This document shows positions 12,831 through 23,842 of a DNA stretch of 64,000 bases, one piece after another. This DNA comes from Marsupella aquatica. Lineage: Eukaryota; Plantae; Marchantiophyta. The number at the start of each line of letters is the position of its first letter. The stretch's first letter is position 1. The position numbers and the translations under genes were made by a program. The notes under the pieces were generated by a model that had not been told where the DNA came from, did no database searches, and saw only the letters and a program-made list of their open reading frames with translations. The stretch is taken from NCBI GenBank assembly GCA_973895155.1, contig OZ316897.1, positions 8,517,832 through 8,581,831 on the forward strand, written 5' to 3'.

Positions 12831-14433
12831 AAGATATGGTACTTGAGATCCCCTAGCTGAAAAAGTTTGCTTAATGGACCCCATGACAGTTTTATAATAC
12901 TTTAGGACCCCATGAAAGTTTAGCTACAATTTAGACCACATGTGACACTTTTGTGTGAGATGTCTTGTAGGGCTTCTTGTAAAGCGTGACGTTGGATACT
13001 GTCGGAGTGGGTCAACAATAGCGAACAGAATACATGCATTTGGACCATTAAATATACGCAGTGTGCAGGCAGTGACACGAACCACATTGCGCAAAGTGTG
13101 AGTTTAGAGACATTTGAAGTGTGAAGTGCAGACAATCACATAAATTAATCTCTTCTCTTTTGTAACTCATATGCAATTGGAGAAACAATTCATTCAAATG
13201 AATGTTTTTTGCATTTTGCTTGCAGTTAGCTAGGTTTCTTGAGGTCTTCACAAGGTTTGGACTAGGTTCACAGTCTTTCATGTTGAGAAAATTAACCACC
13301 ATTCATATGACAGCATGCACATGAGCAACATTCAACAAATACACAAGTATTTGACATAGAGGGATAAGTGTTTCACTTCTTCAAAGGTTGCATTCACGAG
13401 AATACACAAAGAGTGCTTTATTGAAGTCATCCATATATACTAAGCTCTCCCTATTTTTCAAACTGGATCCTTAATAATGAACATAAGTTCCACTCTTTAA
13501 CTAAGTCCTGTTAGTGAATATAGTAGTAACATCTGACCTGAGCCAAGGACCTGGCTACAGTTAGTCTAAGTAACTATGGTTACATAGTAATCCTAGACCT
13601 GACAGTAAATGCCTGATTTTTTGCCCAAGTCTTTCAGGTCCCACTTTGAAGCTGAAGCATGGGTTGACTTCAGTTCAATGCAATGGTTGTGTAAGGGAGT
13701 GCTACTATGAGACCAAATGGGCATAGAGATCAATGTGGAGTTCCTTGGATTAGACTAGTCTGGCCCTCAAGTATTCAAATGTACCTGTTGTTACAAAATT
13801 GTTTGTAGCAATGAGCACTTGTTAGGGTAGACCGCAGCAAAGAGCACAGTGGCAATAACTTAGGATAGCAATCATACAAGATTGACATACCATTTGCAAT
13901 ACTTCTGCAGATTTCACCATCTGCAATATCATTGTATTCCAAAAATTTGGGATTCATTTATTTTGAAAATGTTATTGCCACACATTGCAATCCTCAGATG
14001 CAATCTGTGGCAAGTTCAACTAAGGTAAATTACTACATGCAACTCTATTCATCTGTATCTGCCAATTACTTCTATTTAGATCCAGTAGTCCATCTCTAAG
14101 TTGGTAAGTGTTGATCTGAAGACAAATTTCATGGTGTCTCCCAAAGATGTCCACCTTGGCCATTTATTCCGGCCTGCAAAGGTTGTGTGATTTAAAAGCC
14201 TAGAAGCCAAAAAAATGTGCTCAGTGTCAAGTGAAAATGAGGATTTGCACATTTTCAAATCCCTACAAGAACATCTGACACACAAGTATCATGAAAGTCT
14301 AACTGTAACAAAACATTCATGAGAGGTTAAAATGTAACAAAACATTCATGAGAGTCTAAAATGTAGCAAAACTTTCATGGGGATACATTAAGTAAAGTTT
14401 TTGAGCTAGGGGTCCCATAAAGCATATACCTCT
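12831..14433 (-). mobile_element. ~1.6-kb DNA transposon with ~100-bp TIRs and decayed Cys-motif transposase fragments (Sola-like, tentative)
   Basis: Left end GATCCCCTAGCTGAAAAAGTTTGCTTAATGGACCCCATGA...GAAAGTTTAGCTACAATTTAGAC matches the reverse complement of the right end GTCTAAAATGTAGCAAAACTTTCATGGGGATACATTAAGTAAAGTTTTTGAGCTAGGGGTCC. Internal minus-strand peptides include CSCRDLKMCKSSFS and HFAQCGSCHCL. The TIRs are clear; the superfamily call is weak. Confidence 0.6.
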
Positions 14434-15929
14434 ACAATAGTCCTAAAAGCGTTTTAATTCCATATGGGGAAGGTTGTCTAAAATTGGAGCAACCTTATCC
14501 TGAATACCTAGGGGACTTTCCTAACCAAGGCTATATCATTGTTTGGAAAAACTGCTAAACTACTACTAGGTTGAAAGTATTCATACTTAACATACTACCG
14601 AGCCAGTGTAAAGAAGAGCATGGAAACTTGGTTACCTAGGAATGATGAGGTTAGCCTAATAAATAACTAATTATTTAAATTTTCAGTCCCTACACAAAAT
14701 TTCAGGTAAGAGACCTATCCGCAAAGGGATGACCAGGTAAGCCTAGTAAATCTCATTATTGGAATTTTCAGGTACTAGGCCTTTCAGCAATGGTGTGACT
14801 GTTTTAGTGCAACTTTTACAAAAATAATAAACATAGAAACTACGTCCAAACTTGCCAAACCAGGCATGACTGATGTCTCTTTCTTGACAAAAAGTGACAT
14901 GACATAACAAAAGCAGCATGAAAGGAAAGATTTGCATGATAGCTTTTTTGGCAGCCAAATCGATGTAGAAAGGTGTTTCAAAGGTTGTCAAAAGATGCAC
15001 TAACACATAAGAAAGTGATGAATTTAAACATAGGTGACTGTAGCCATTGTTCTGAAAATAAGAAATGAAGTCTATATAGATTATCTATGTAATTTGGCTA
15101 TAATTTGAAAGGTAAAATATGAATTTTTGGCATAAGGGCAAACACAAACTTGATCCTCCCTATTGTGGAACTGAAACCCAGATGGACCCAAATGTTTAAC
15201 AAGAAACTTGCATGTAGAAACACAACCAATATATGTTAGCGGGTTCCTGGGTTCCCGACACTATTTTCCACCCTCAAAAGGGTTCTGTAATTGTTTTTCA
15301 CAACACAAAACCCTAAGTTGCTACTAGAGGATGTGGGCTTTGACAAGTGGAAGCTTTGACCATCAAGACCCAACTCTAGTTTAAAGAAAATATACAAACT
15401 TTTTACAAGAAAGGGCCAAACAGAATACAAAAGAACATACAGTAAAGGTCCCAAGGGGATGAAAGGAAACGCAAAAGAAGTTTCGGGTTTAGGGTTCCCT
15501 TAAAAAAACCAAGAAAGAGGAACTAAAACTAATGCAAACAGACCGAGGTAGCAACTTTGAAATTATACTTTGAGTTTAACCCAATAGCAATGTCCCGTTA
15601 CTCTATAAATTCTAGCCCAATCGCAATGCCCATTTACTCTATAAATTCTCACCCTGACCCTTTTTTGCTCCCCAGGAAATTTTTGTGGCGCGCTTGGGGT
15701 TCCCTGAATCCTAAACCCAGATTCCTGCTAATGGGTTCATATATGTTTTCCCTACACTCAATGTTGCTGTTTCTTAGTGAAACAATTCCTTCTTTTCTGG
15801 CTGACAGTAACCTGGCATCCCCATCCCAGTTACAAGGTTCATAAAAATGGTCCATCCGAGCATTCCCTTGCACTACGGTACTTGCAGTATCAGCTCAAAA
15901 AAGAATTAATAAGTTTCCCCATAATGTTT

Positions 15930-16760
15930 GGACGGGAGAGCCCATGCTCAGCAGACGGCACCGACGACGGTACACGTACCCGACGGCACACATACCGCGC
16001 TACGTACCTGAATACCTTCTGCAGGCGGACAGTACATGTACGCCCCGGGCAGCATGAAACATACATACGGTACGGTGAACGGGTCCTCCCTCCCTTTTTG
16101 TGTGTGCCCGCGGGCAAGGTCCCGTGTCTCTGGAAACCATACAACCATCATTGGCCCGCAGACATGCATGTATGCATGCCACCGGCGGCATGAGAGACGT
16201 GCATGACATCCATACATGGACACAGTCGTGCAGCGCTTCCGTGCCCGCGGGCACAGAGGGAAACATGCATGCATGCACATACGAGCTGAGGGCGGGCAGC
16301 GGCGGGGGCAGGGGGGGAGGGGCAGCGCGGGAAGGGGCGGTCAACGCTGTGATGCTCTTTCACCAAACTGGGCCGGGCTCAGTGAGTCAGAGACTGACCG
16401 ACTGAGCTCCGTCCGGTCCACTAGGGTTAACGTTTTTTATGTGCCCGCGGGCAGATCCTAGGGTGAAGATCGGAATAAAATAATTATGTTCGACGGGATA
16501 TCTAATTAGCCGGGTGGATGCTCTGTGGCACCGGCTGTAGCGGGTCCCAGGTGTGGGGCCGAGGGATGACCGTTACAGCAGGTTCCCGTGCATTTGAGGT
16601 AACCCATGAAGGTCGGCCATTAAGGGTTGGCCAAGCTGGCCCTGGCTACCCTTGCCGGGTGTTGAAGCTGGCCCGGGGCATCCTCGTGGTCGACTGGGTT
16701 GAGTGATCGTGGTCGACTAGGTTGAGTAATTGTGGTCGACTAGGTTGAATTCGCATTGGT
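15930..16760. other. CpG-rich island with three TGCCCGCGGGCA palindromes, CATGCATG motifs and a ~23-bp x3 repeat
   Basis: Palindromes at 16105-16116, 16242-16253 and 16442-16453; GTGGTCGACT(A/G)GGTTGA x3 at ~16686-16750; abrupt GC/CpG rise against CpG-poor flanks. Confidence 0.7.
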
Positions 16761-16949
16761 TATGGCCACTGTTCGTCCTCATGGTTGACTAGGGTCAGGT
16801 TCTGCATGGCCATGGTTTTTGGTGGCGGCAACAATTTATCAATTCCAACTCACTGAAAACCCTTAGGGGAACTCTTTGGTTGCTATACTGTAGTCCCACT
16901 AATTGTCAAATCTAACCCAAGTTTGTGGATGTCTGGACTTCCTTTAATT

Positions 16950-17760
16950 TTTAAATTTTTTTTCCTTTGAAGGATTCTGGACTTCAACAACACCAAGTTT
17001 GGAATTTAATATATAAGGCCCTTGGAAGTTAGGTACACCATGGCACCTAGCCCCATTGAGAAGGCCACGAGCAACATTTTTTTTCGAGGCAAATATTGGC
17101 CAAGTTCCACCTCATTGAAAAATCTTAGCCACTTTTGGCAAAACAATTGCCATGCCTGTTGTCTTGGATCAACCAGTTTCCCACCTAGCAAAAATCTGAT
17201 GGTTATCCAAGATGGTTATCCAAGATCTGATGGTTATCCTTAAATCTAGGGAGATCTAATGGTAAAAAAATTCTTTAGGAAAATTAGTTTAAAAGTATTC
17301 TTGAGTCTTCTCCTTTCACCTTGGCAGAAAAGGGAAAAGCTTAAAGTTACCATGGCTTTTTACTTTTTCCATGAGGGGTTTGATGGGGTCATGATTGTGT
17401 CCGAATCAAAGACAAGATCATTTTCAATATTGGACCTACAGTAGTGGTTGTAGACTCTCCATCATCAACTCATTTTTCCTGTCCTTTTGAGTAATATCCT
17501 ATAAAAAATCAGCTCTCTAGAAGTCTACATTATCATCAAAGTGTGTGCATACATAGGACATAGGAAAGGGACTTAATAAGTCCACGGCTTGCTTGTGACA
17601 TACTCCGAGGACCTTGCAAAGAGATATATTGCAACGGTGGTCAAGGGTGAGATAAATCATTGATTCTCTACCTACATTATAGCTATGGAAACTTGGAGTT
17701 TTAGTCATGTTGTCAAAAGCTGTGCTTTCCAACTGGCCCTCTCAATTCCATCCCAAGCTT
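16950..17760 (-). mobile_element. Degenerate L1-type LINE reverse transcriptase remnant
   Basis: Minus-strand peptides LLSPF...HFDDNVDF (cf. PLSPxL...QFADDT) followed by LGGKLVDPRQQAWQLFCQKW (cf. GGLGxxDxxxxxxALxxKW). Confidence 0.45.
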
Positions 17761-18312
17761 CACCCAAAGTGATTTGCACGAGTATATGTGATTGGTGAAT
17801 GCTAATTGACACTAGTCCTTTGGGTAACAGAAAATTTTGAAAGGTAATTTTTTAGTCCATTTTTAAAAACTTGAAGGTTTTCTCAGGCTAGAGTGGGTGC
17901 AGCTTGAGCCGCAGTGGTACTTTCTCTTGGTTCCTCTCCCCCTGTTAAAAATAAATAAAGACGGCTAGAGAGAGAGAGGGAGAGAGATGCAACCCCATGC
18001 ATTGCACAATTAGTGCTGGACAGCTGCTTGCGTGCTGCAGAGGAAAATGAGGAGATCTCATCCTGGAGGGAGCATTCTCCCTGCCTTGGATTGCCTGACC
18101 CCACCCCCACCCCACCACCAGATCTGGGCATCAACAAAAGAAGGAGATACTCCACCATCCCCCAACAGCAAGCAAAGATTAATTAAGAGAACAGCAACGA
18201 TGAGCACCAACTCAGGGGTAGGACTCCTACAATACACTACAAATACATATTTTTGATCCAATTCAATACTACAGATCTAGACAAGAGCAGTAGAGCTATA
18301 TATGGTAGCAGA

Positions 18313-19058
18313 AGATTTTGGTTGCTTTGCAGCTCAGCAGTAAGTTGTGTCTCCTTCTTTTGGCTGTCTGGCCGCTGTCTCTTTGTCTAGGGATATCCAT
18401 ACAAAGAGAATGACTAAACTGAATTCTGGTAGCTTTGCTGGGAAGATGAAAAGATTTAGATGTGACAAGGTGGCCTATAGAGTGTATAAATCACTCGGAC
18501 TTCCCAATTCCCTCTTCATTTGGCCCCTACTATCCAGTTGTTTTTTCCTTTTCTCCACCTACTATCCATGGTTTCCTTCTTTTGGCTGTCTGGTTGCCGT
18601 TGCCTTGTCCATGAACATCCATATAAAGAGCTTAAATGGCACCCGTTTTGACTAAACTAAATTCTGGTAGCTCTGGTTGGGAAGATGGAAAGATTGAGGT
18701 ATGACTAAAGTGGCCTGTAGAGTGTGCAAAACTCTCCTTGCTAATTCCCTCTTCACTTAGCCCTTACTATCCAATAGTCGTCCCCCCCCTACTATCCAAT
18801 GTTGTTAGAGACTTTGGGTGCTTTGTAGCCCAGCAGTAAGTTGTATGTCCTCCTTTTGGCTGTCTGGTTGCTGTCTCTTTGTCCAAGGACATTCATACAA
18901 ATAGCTCGAACGACGCCTCTTGACTAAACTAAATTCTGGTGGAAGATGGAAAGATTGAGGTATGACAAAGGTGACCTCTAGAGTGTGCAAAACTCTCCTT
19001 ACTAATTCCCTCTTCACTGAGCCCCTACTATCCACTTGTTCCCCCCTACTATCCATTA
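18313..19058. repeat. Three tandem diverged ~240-bp repeats
   Basis: CTTTTGGCTGTCTGG...GACTAAACT(A/G)AATTCTGGT...GAAGATG(G/A)AAAGATT...AATTCCCTCTTCA recurs three times. Confidence 0.85.
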
Positions 19059-20368
19059 TTAGAGAAGGGAAACTTCCTGACAGCACGTGAAATTTACAAT
19101 TGAATAATATGGAAATGGTTTTAGTCTACTATTGGAATCTTTCCAAAATATCTGTAGCGCTTTTACAATACCGCTTTTGCACTCTACAACTACAAAATTA
19201 TGACCAAATAAATCCAAGTGTGGGGTTTCAAAACCAATGGGGGATGCCCCACCACCATTTCCCCCCACAAAGACATTATATTTTTCTGTAAACTCCCTCA
19301 ATTTACCAGTGACTTGCCACGAGTTTAGGCCAAAAATTAAGGGCACTAGGAGAAACACCAGGTGAGACACAGAAAAACACTGTGCAAGATGAGCCAACAA
19401 GAGTTGCCCTGAATTCTCTGCAAATTAACTAGTGTTTTAAGGCACTGTGTGTGTGAGTGAAATCAGAGTTTGAATGCTGCCATATGAAATGGAAGTGTCC
19501 AGAAGCCACTTCACCCAACTTCACCCTGAGTATCCTTGTAGACCTGTTTGGGCCCAGAGTCTAAGGAAACTCATATTTATCGGGGTAGTGGAGTTACTGT
19601 GGGTATTGGCCCTTCTAGTTTAGGGAAAACTCTATTTCCCTTCCTTTCCCCCTCTTCATTGGGCTACTTTGCCATTCAGACCTGCTTCCTTTGGCACTGA
19701 TATATATATATCAGTGAAATTAATCCGTGGACCCCCATGTTCATCCAAGGAATGTGTGTTTGATGAAGTGAAATCAATTTTCAACAAGGCGGTAATCGCC
19801 CGGGTAATCGAAGGTTTTGAGTCTCCCGATGGTCTTGGTGTGTGCTCGTACAAAAGAAAAGTAATGCTCAAAAGATAGAGGAGATTTATCAACGGAAGGT
19901 TGAATATGGAGGAATTGAGTTTTTTGACGGTTTTTGCTTACACATTAGAGAAATCGTGTTTCTATCATTCATGATTGATTGTTTGTGAGTTACATTGAGC
20001 ATTACCGCCACAAGACAGCCCGGAGGACAACACTTAGCTATTGGCAAAAGAGCGCTTGTCGATTCGATGGGAAGAACACACAAAACAAACAAGTCATCGC
20101 TTCACATGAAGGATTTGTAGTTTTTTTTATTTAAGAAAGCTATGGTGTGAGAGGGAGACCAATGATTGTTTCTTTGACATAGAGGCTGCATTTGGTGTCA
20201 ACCTATGTTCAGAGTGAGCTTCAGTTGAAGACTAGAGGAATGCAAACAATTCAAGTCGGGAAGCAAGCATTGTGGACAAGGGATGGCGACGTAATCAAAG
20301 AAATCAATTTTCAACGGCTAAGTTTGTGACGGTGATGAGATTGTGATATCTCTTAATCGAGAAAAGGG

Positions 20369-20875
20369 TTTCCAATGAGCCTCAGATTGACAAATTTGTC
20401 AAGTTCCAAATGAGTTTTTGAATTTCTTTGCCTTTCCAATGAGTGAGTATAAGAAATATTGATCATGAGTCCATGAATTCTTTTAGCTTTCCAACATGAT
20501 TGAGTCCGACATTGACAAATTTTACGTCAGATTTTGTCACGTTACTAAAGAGATCATGAGGTTTTCAATCTCTCTAGCTTTCTAATGTGTGACATTGAGA
20601 TTATTTGTCATGAATTACAGAGATCATGAGTATCTGAATTTCTCTAGCTTTCCAATGAACCTAACATTGATAGATTTTGTCAAGTACTAAGGAGATGATG
20701 AGTTTTTAGTTTTACTTTAGTTTTCCAATGAGTGTGACATTGAGAGATTTTATCAAGACAATACTAAAGAGGTCACGAGTTCTAAATCTTGATCTTGAGT
20801 TTTCCAATGAATCAAACTTAACATTGACAGATTTTATCAAGTACTAAGGAGATTGATTATTTAGTTTTACAATGT
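20369..20875. repeat. ~7 diverged tandem units of ~70 bp
   Basis: Units start TTTCCAATG and contain ACATTGA(C/T/G)A...TT(G/A)TCA...GATCATGAG. Confidence 0.8.
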
Positions 20876-21064
20876 GAAGCCAAAGGGGTTTTAACTATGT
20901 ACATTTCTATTGGTTGGTTTTTTCAAGCTTGCAAACAATTAAAAAATACAAGCATTTTGATATAAAACACTGATATATCTTTGACAAACATCAAAATGGT
21001 AACTTTATTTTATTAAATGACATATCTCCCTTTGTATTTTGGTTTTTTTTACATTCAATGTTTA

Positions 21065-21498
21065 CGGCATAGCGCCCCAAAAATTACATTGTTTTTGCCA
21101 CAAACAGGAATGTGCACGTTTGGTATTGTTAAAAGTATGATCATTCCTGTTTGTGGCTGGTTGTGATGATGTGGTGCAACCTCGTGACAGGGAATTTGCA
21201 AGAGACCTCTCATGGGGTCCGTAACTAATATGAAATCACTTTTTCATATGGGGATTTAAAAATGAGCTAAAATGTAATATTCTTAGCTAGGAATGTGAGT
21301 CAAACGACGCTTATTTTTATGTCTAAGCTCGTCGTCATCTCCATCGATGTCCCTATTAGAAAATTACATTGACACAGGCATTGCGTAGTAAACACAATTT
21401 CCATTGTTTAATTGTTCAAAAGTGGACATGGACCTTTTGATCATCAAAAGAGCCCAGATAAAAGTGGAAGGTGGTCCCACAAAGCGTTACCTATGCCG
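21065..21498. mobile_element. Putative MITE (TA target duplication, Tc1/mariner-type)
   Basis: TA-CGGCATAG...CTATGCCG-TA (12-bp inverted repeat including flanks); internal inverted repeat AAACAGGAATG/CATTCCTGTTT. Confidence 0.5.
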
Positions 21499-21537
21499 TA
21501 AAAAGCTTAACCATGTCCATTGCATAACTTAGCGTAC

Positions 21538-21672
21538 AACAGCCTACTCTGTATCTCAATTATACCTCTCTACAGAGAGAAATTGAGATACTAGATTGAG
21601 AACAGCCTACTCTGTATCTCAATTATACCTCTCTACAGAGAGAAATTGAGATACGAGAGAGAGAGAGAGAGT
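21538..21672. repeat. Exact tandem duplication (63-bp period) of a hairpin-forming unit followed by (GA)n
   Basis: AACAGCCTACTCTGTATCTCAATTATACCTCTCTACAGAGAGAAATTGAGATAC at 21538-21591 and 21601-21654; stem GTATCTCAATT/AATTGAGATAC. Confidence 0.9.
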
Positions 21673-22530
21673 GGTTGACATTTTCTTTGGGGCATGTTTT
21701 TTGGAGAGTGGCGATGGTGATGATGATGCTGAGTGCTGAGGAGCTGATGAATTTTACAGCAGTACAGTGCTGTGAAAGGTAGTAAGTCTGGTCCTCTTTC
21801 TGTCGTCTCCAAAGCTTTCCAAGCTTCGCCTTTGCTTTGTTTGCTTCAGGAGTGGCGGTGGAGGAATTTAATGAAAGGCTTGTCTGGATGCGCCCACCAC
21901 GACATTCACATTCAGCATCCCCACCACCAGAGCAGCAGCAGCGATGTATTCATTGTCAGCTCATCAGCAGCAACAGTACATGGTAGTCGTAGCTAACCAG
22001 GCTACGCTTCTCCTCTCAGGTCTCAGCTCCACCTTCCTGCAATCCTGGTGCTGCTGGAGTGCTGCTGGATGATCCGGCCTTCCTCTCCCAGTTGTTGTAC
22101 TCGTCTGCCCTGTACAGTTGTGGTGGTACTGCTGGGTCAAGCGAGCACTCCTTGGTTCTGTAGCCCCAACCAAGCCAGCAGCAGCAGCGGCAGCAGCCAG
22201 CCAGCCAACCAACCATCTATGAATACCAGAGCAAAGCTTCTCAGGAGTATGTGCAGTGGACACACGATGACAGAAGTCAAGCCCCAGCTCCCTCATTCTT
22301 TGAATCTCAAAACTCCGCCTTGCCTTGGACCACCCCACCTGACCATCTCTCCGTCCACACAGACTGTACTATAATTCTTCTCTCTGGAGCGTTGTAGTAA
22401 AGCCTCGTCGCGTCTCGTCTCGTCTCGTCTCTCCTTGGCGCTGCTTCATGTGGCCTTCTTGAGCACGCCGTCCCCTCGAGAGCGACTAGTCTGGGAAGTC
22501 GAAGACCATCTCATTTACACCGGAGTGCTG

Positions 22531-22572
<42 letters not shown>

Positions 22573-23842
22573 GATTGATAAGTGAGGGAGGTCAGTACGG
22601 TGCTGAGTGAGCTGAAAGCAATGCGAGACCTTGCCTGATGAGAGAACGGGTGCTGTATGATGAGTGGTAAGTTACGAGTTACGAGGAGCAGTATAGCCGG
22701 AGGAGTTGTAGAGGCTGAATGAATGACCACCGAATGAATGGCCGGATGTGTGGATGGATGGGTACAGCACAGCGTAGTCGCCATGCACAACAACATGGAC
22801 AGCGGTTCCAGCGATCGAGAGAGGAGGAGAAGATCGGTGTACACTACTGCTATTCCTCGGGACGGAACAGGCAGGGAGGCGCTGGCTGCGAGGAGCTGAG
22901 CTGAGAGTAGGATACTCAGTTGTCCATTTCTCAATCGTCTGATACACATCGCATTGCGGAAGATTGTACCTTTTTTCACATACGGGTTCTCCACTGAACC
23001 AGGAAGCCTAGGAATGTCTGGAAGGCGAGGAATGGGGGCCCAGGGTCTGGTGAGGCGAGTGCTGTGATCTGGGACATGAGGTAGGGAGGGCCTAGATTGT
23101 TGGGCTTATCCAAAGAACGGATTTTTCTTGTTGGTTTGGGAGGAGAAGAGAGAGGAGGGGGGCCAATGTTCGCTGTGGTACAACTTCTCGGACGAGGAGG
23201 GCTATTATACCACTGACATGTGCACTTTAGGAACCTTGTGGGTGAGGTGTGGTTTGGACGAAGACAACGAGAGAGCAATGTACCTCCTGGCACTGCTCAC
23301 TTGCTCCACTCCTCCCCAGCCTCCCACCATTGCTGCCTCTGTAGATTCACTTCTCCTCTGGGCTTCTCACACTGCCAGACGAAAGCGGCCAGATTTGCGT
23401 TTAGTGTAAGAGGAAGAAGGTAATGAAGAAGGCCTCCAGAAGCATGCCAGCAGCGGAAAGAAAGGATCTTCGAGTTCGCAAGACGAGGATGATGGATAGC
23501 TAACATCCCGGCTCTTAGGTAATGAACGTGGGAGCAACGGGAATGTATAGTGTGGGTGTTGGAGTATTGCAGTGTTCAAGTTACCAATGGATGGCAGCGT
23601 TTCCTGAAATGTTTTGTGGGATCGCTGGATGAGTAGGGTAGCTGGATGGGATTGGATAATGAAGACGCCAATTGCTATGAAGGCTCATTGTGGTGAAGCT
23701 TACGCTACAGTAGCGTTTCGATCGTCCTCGGTTATCGGTAGCAGCTGTGTATTCGGTAGCAAGGGTGGAGCCCTTGTTGAGTAACGCTGGCTTGGTGCCC
23801 CCGGGTGGCTAGTCAGCCACGCAGACAGAACGCGGAACGGCC
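21655..23842 (+). promoter_or_regulatory. Putative long 5' leader of ncARF with GA tracts, a leader intron and many upstream AUGs
   Basis: CpG-retaining, non-TE sequence; (GA)n at 21655 and 22534-22570; candidate intron ~21779-21849 (AAG|GTAGTAAG...TTGCTTCAG); several short ATG-initiated ORFs. Confidence 0.5.

Noticed and set aside
16442-16461. Helitron 3' end (hairpin + CTAG)
   Set aside because: CTAG is followed by G rather than T, the hairpin is only ~4 nt away, and the same palindrome occurs twice more without CTAG
15777-16706. Overlapping 60-138 aa ORFs on both strands
   Set aside because: Expected from high GC content; no recognisable motifs
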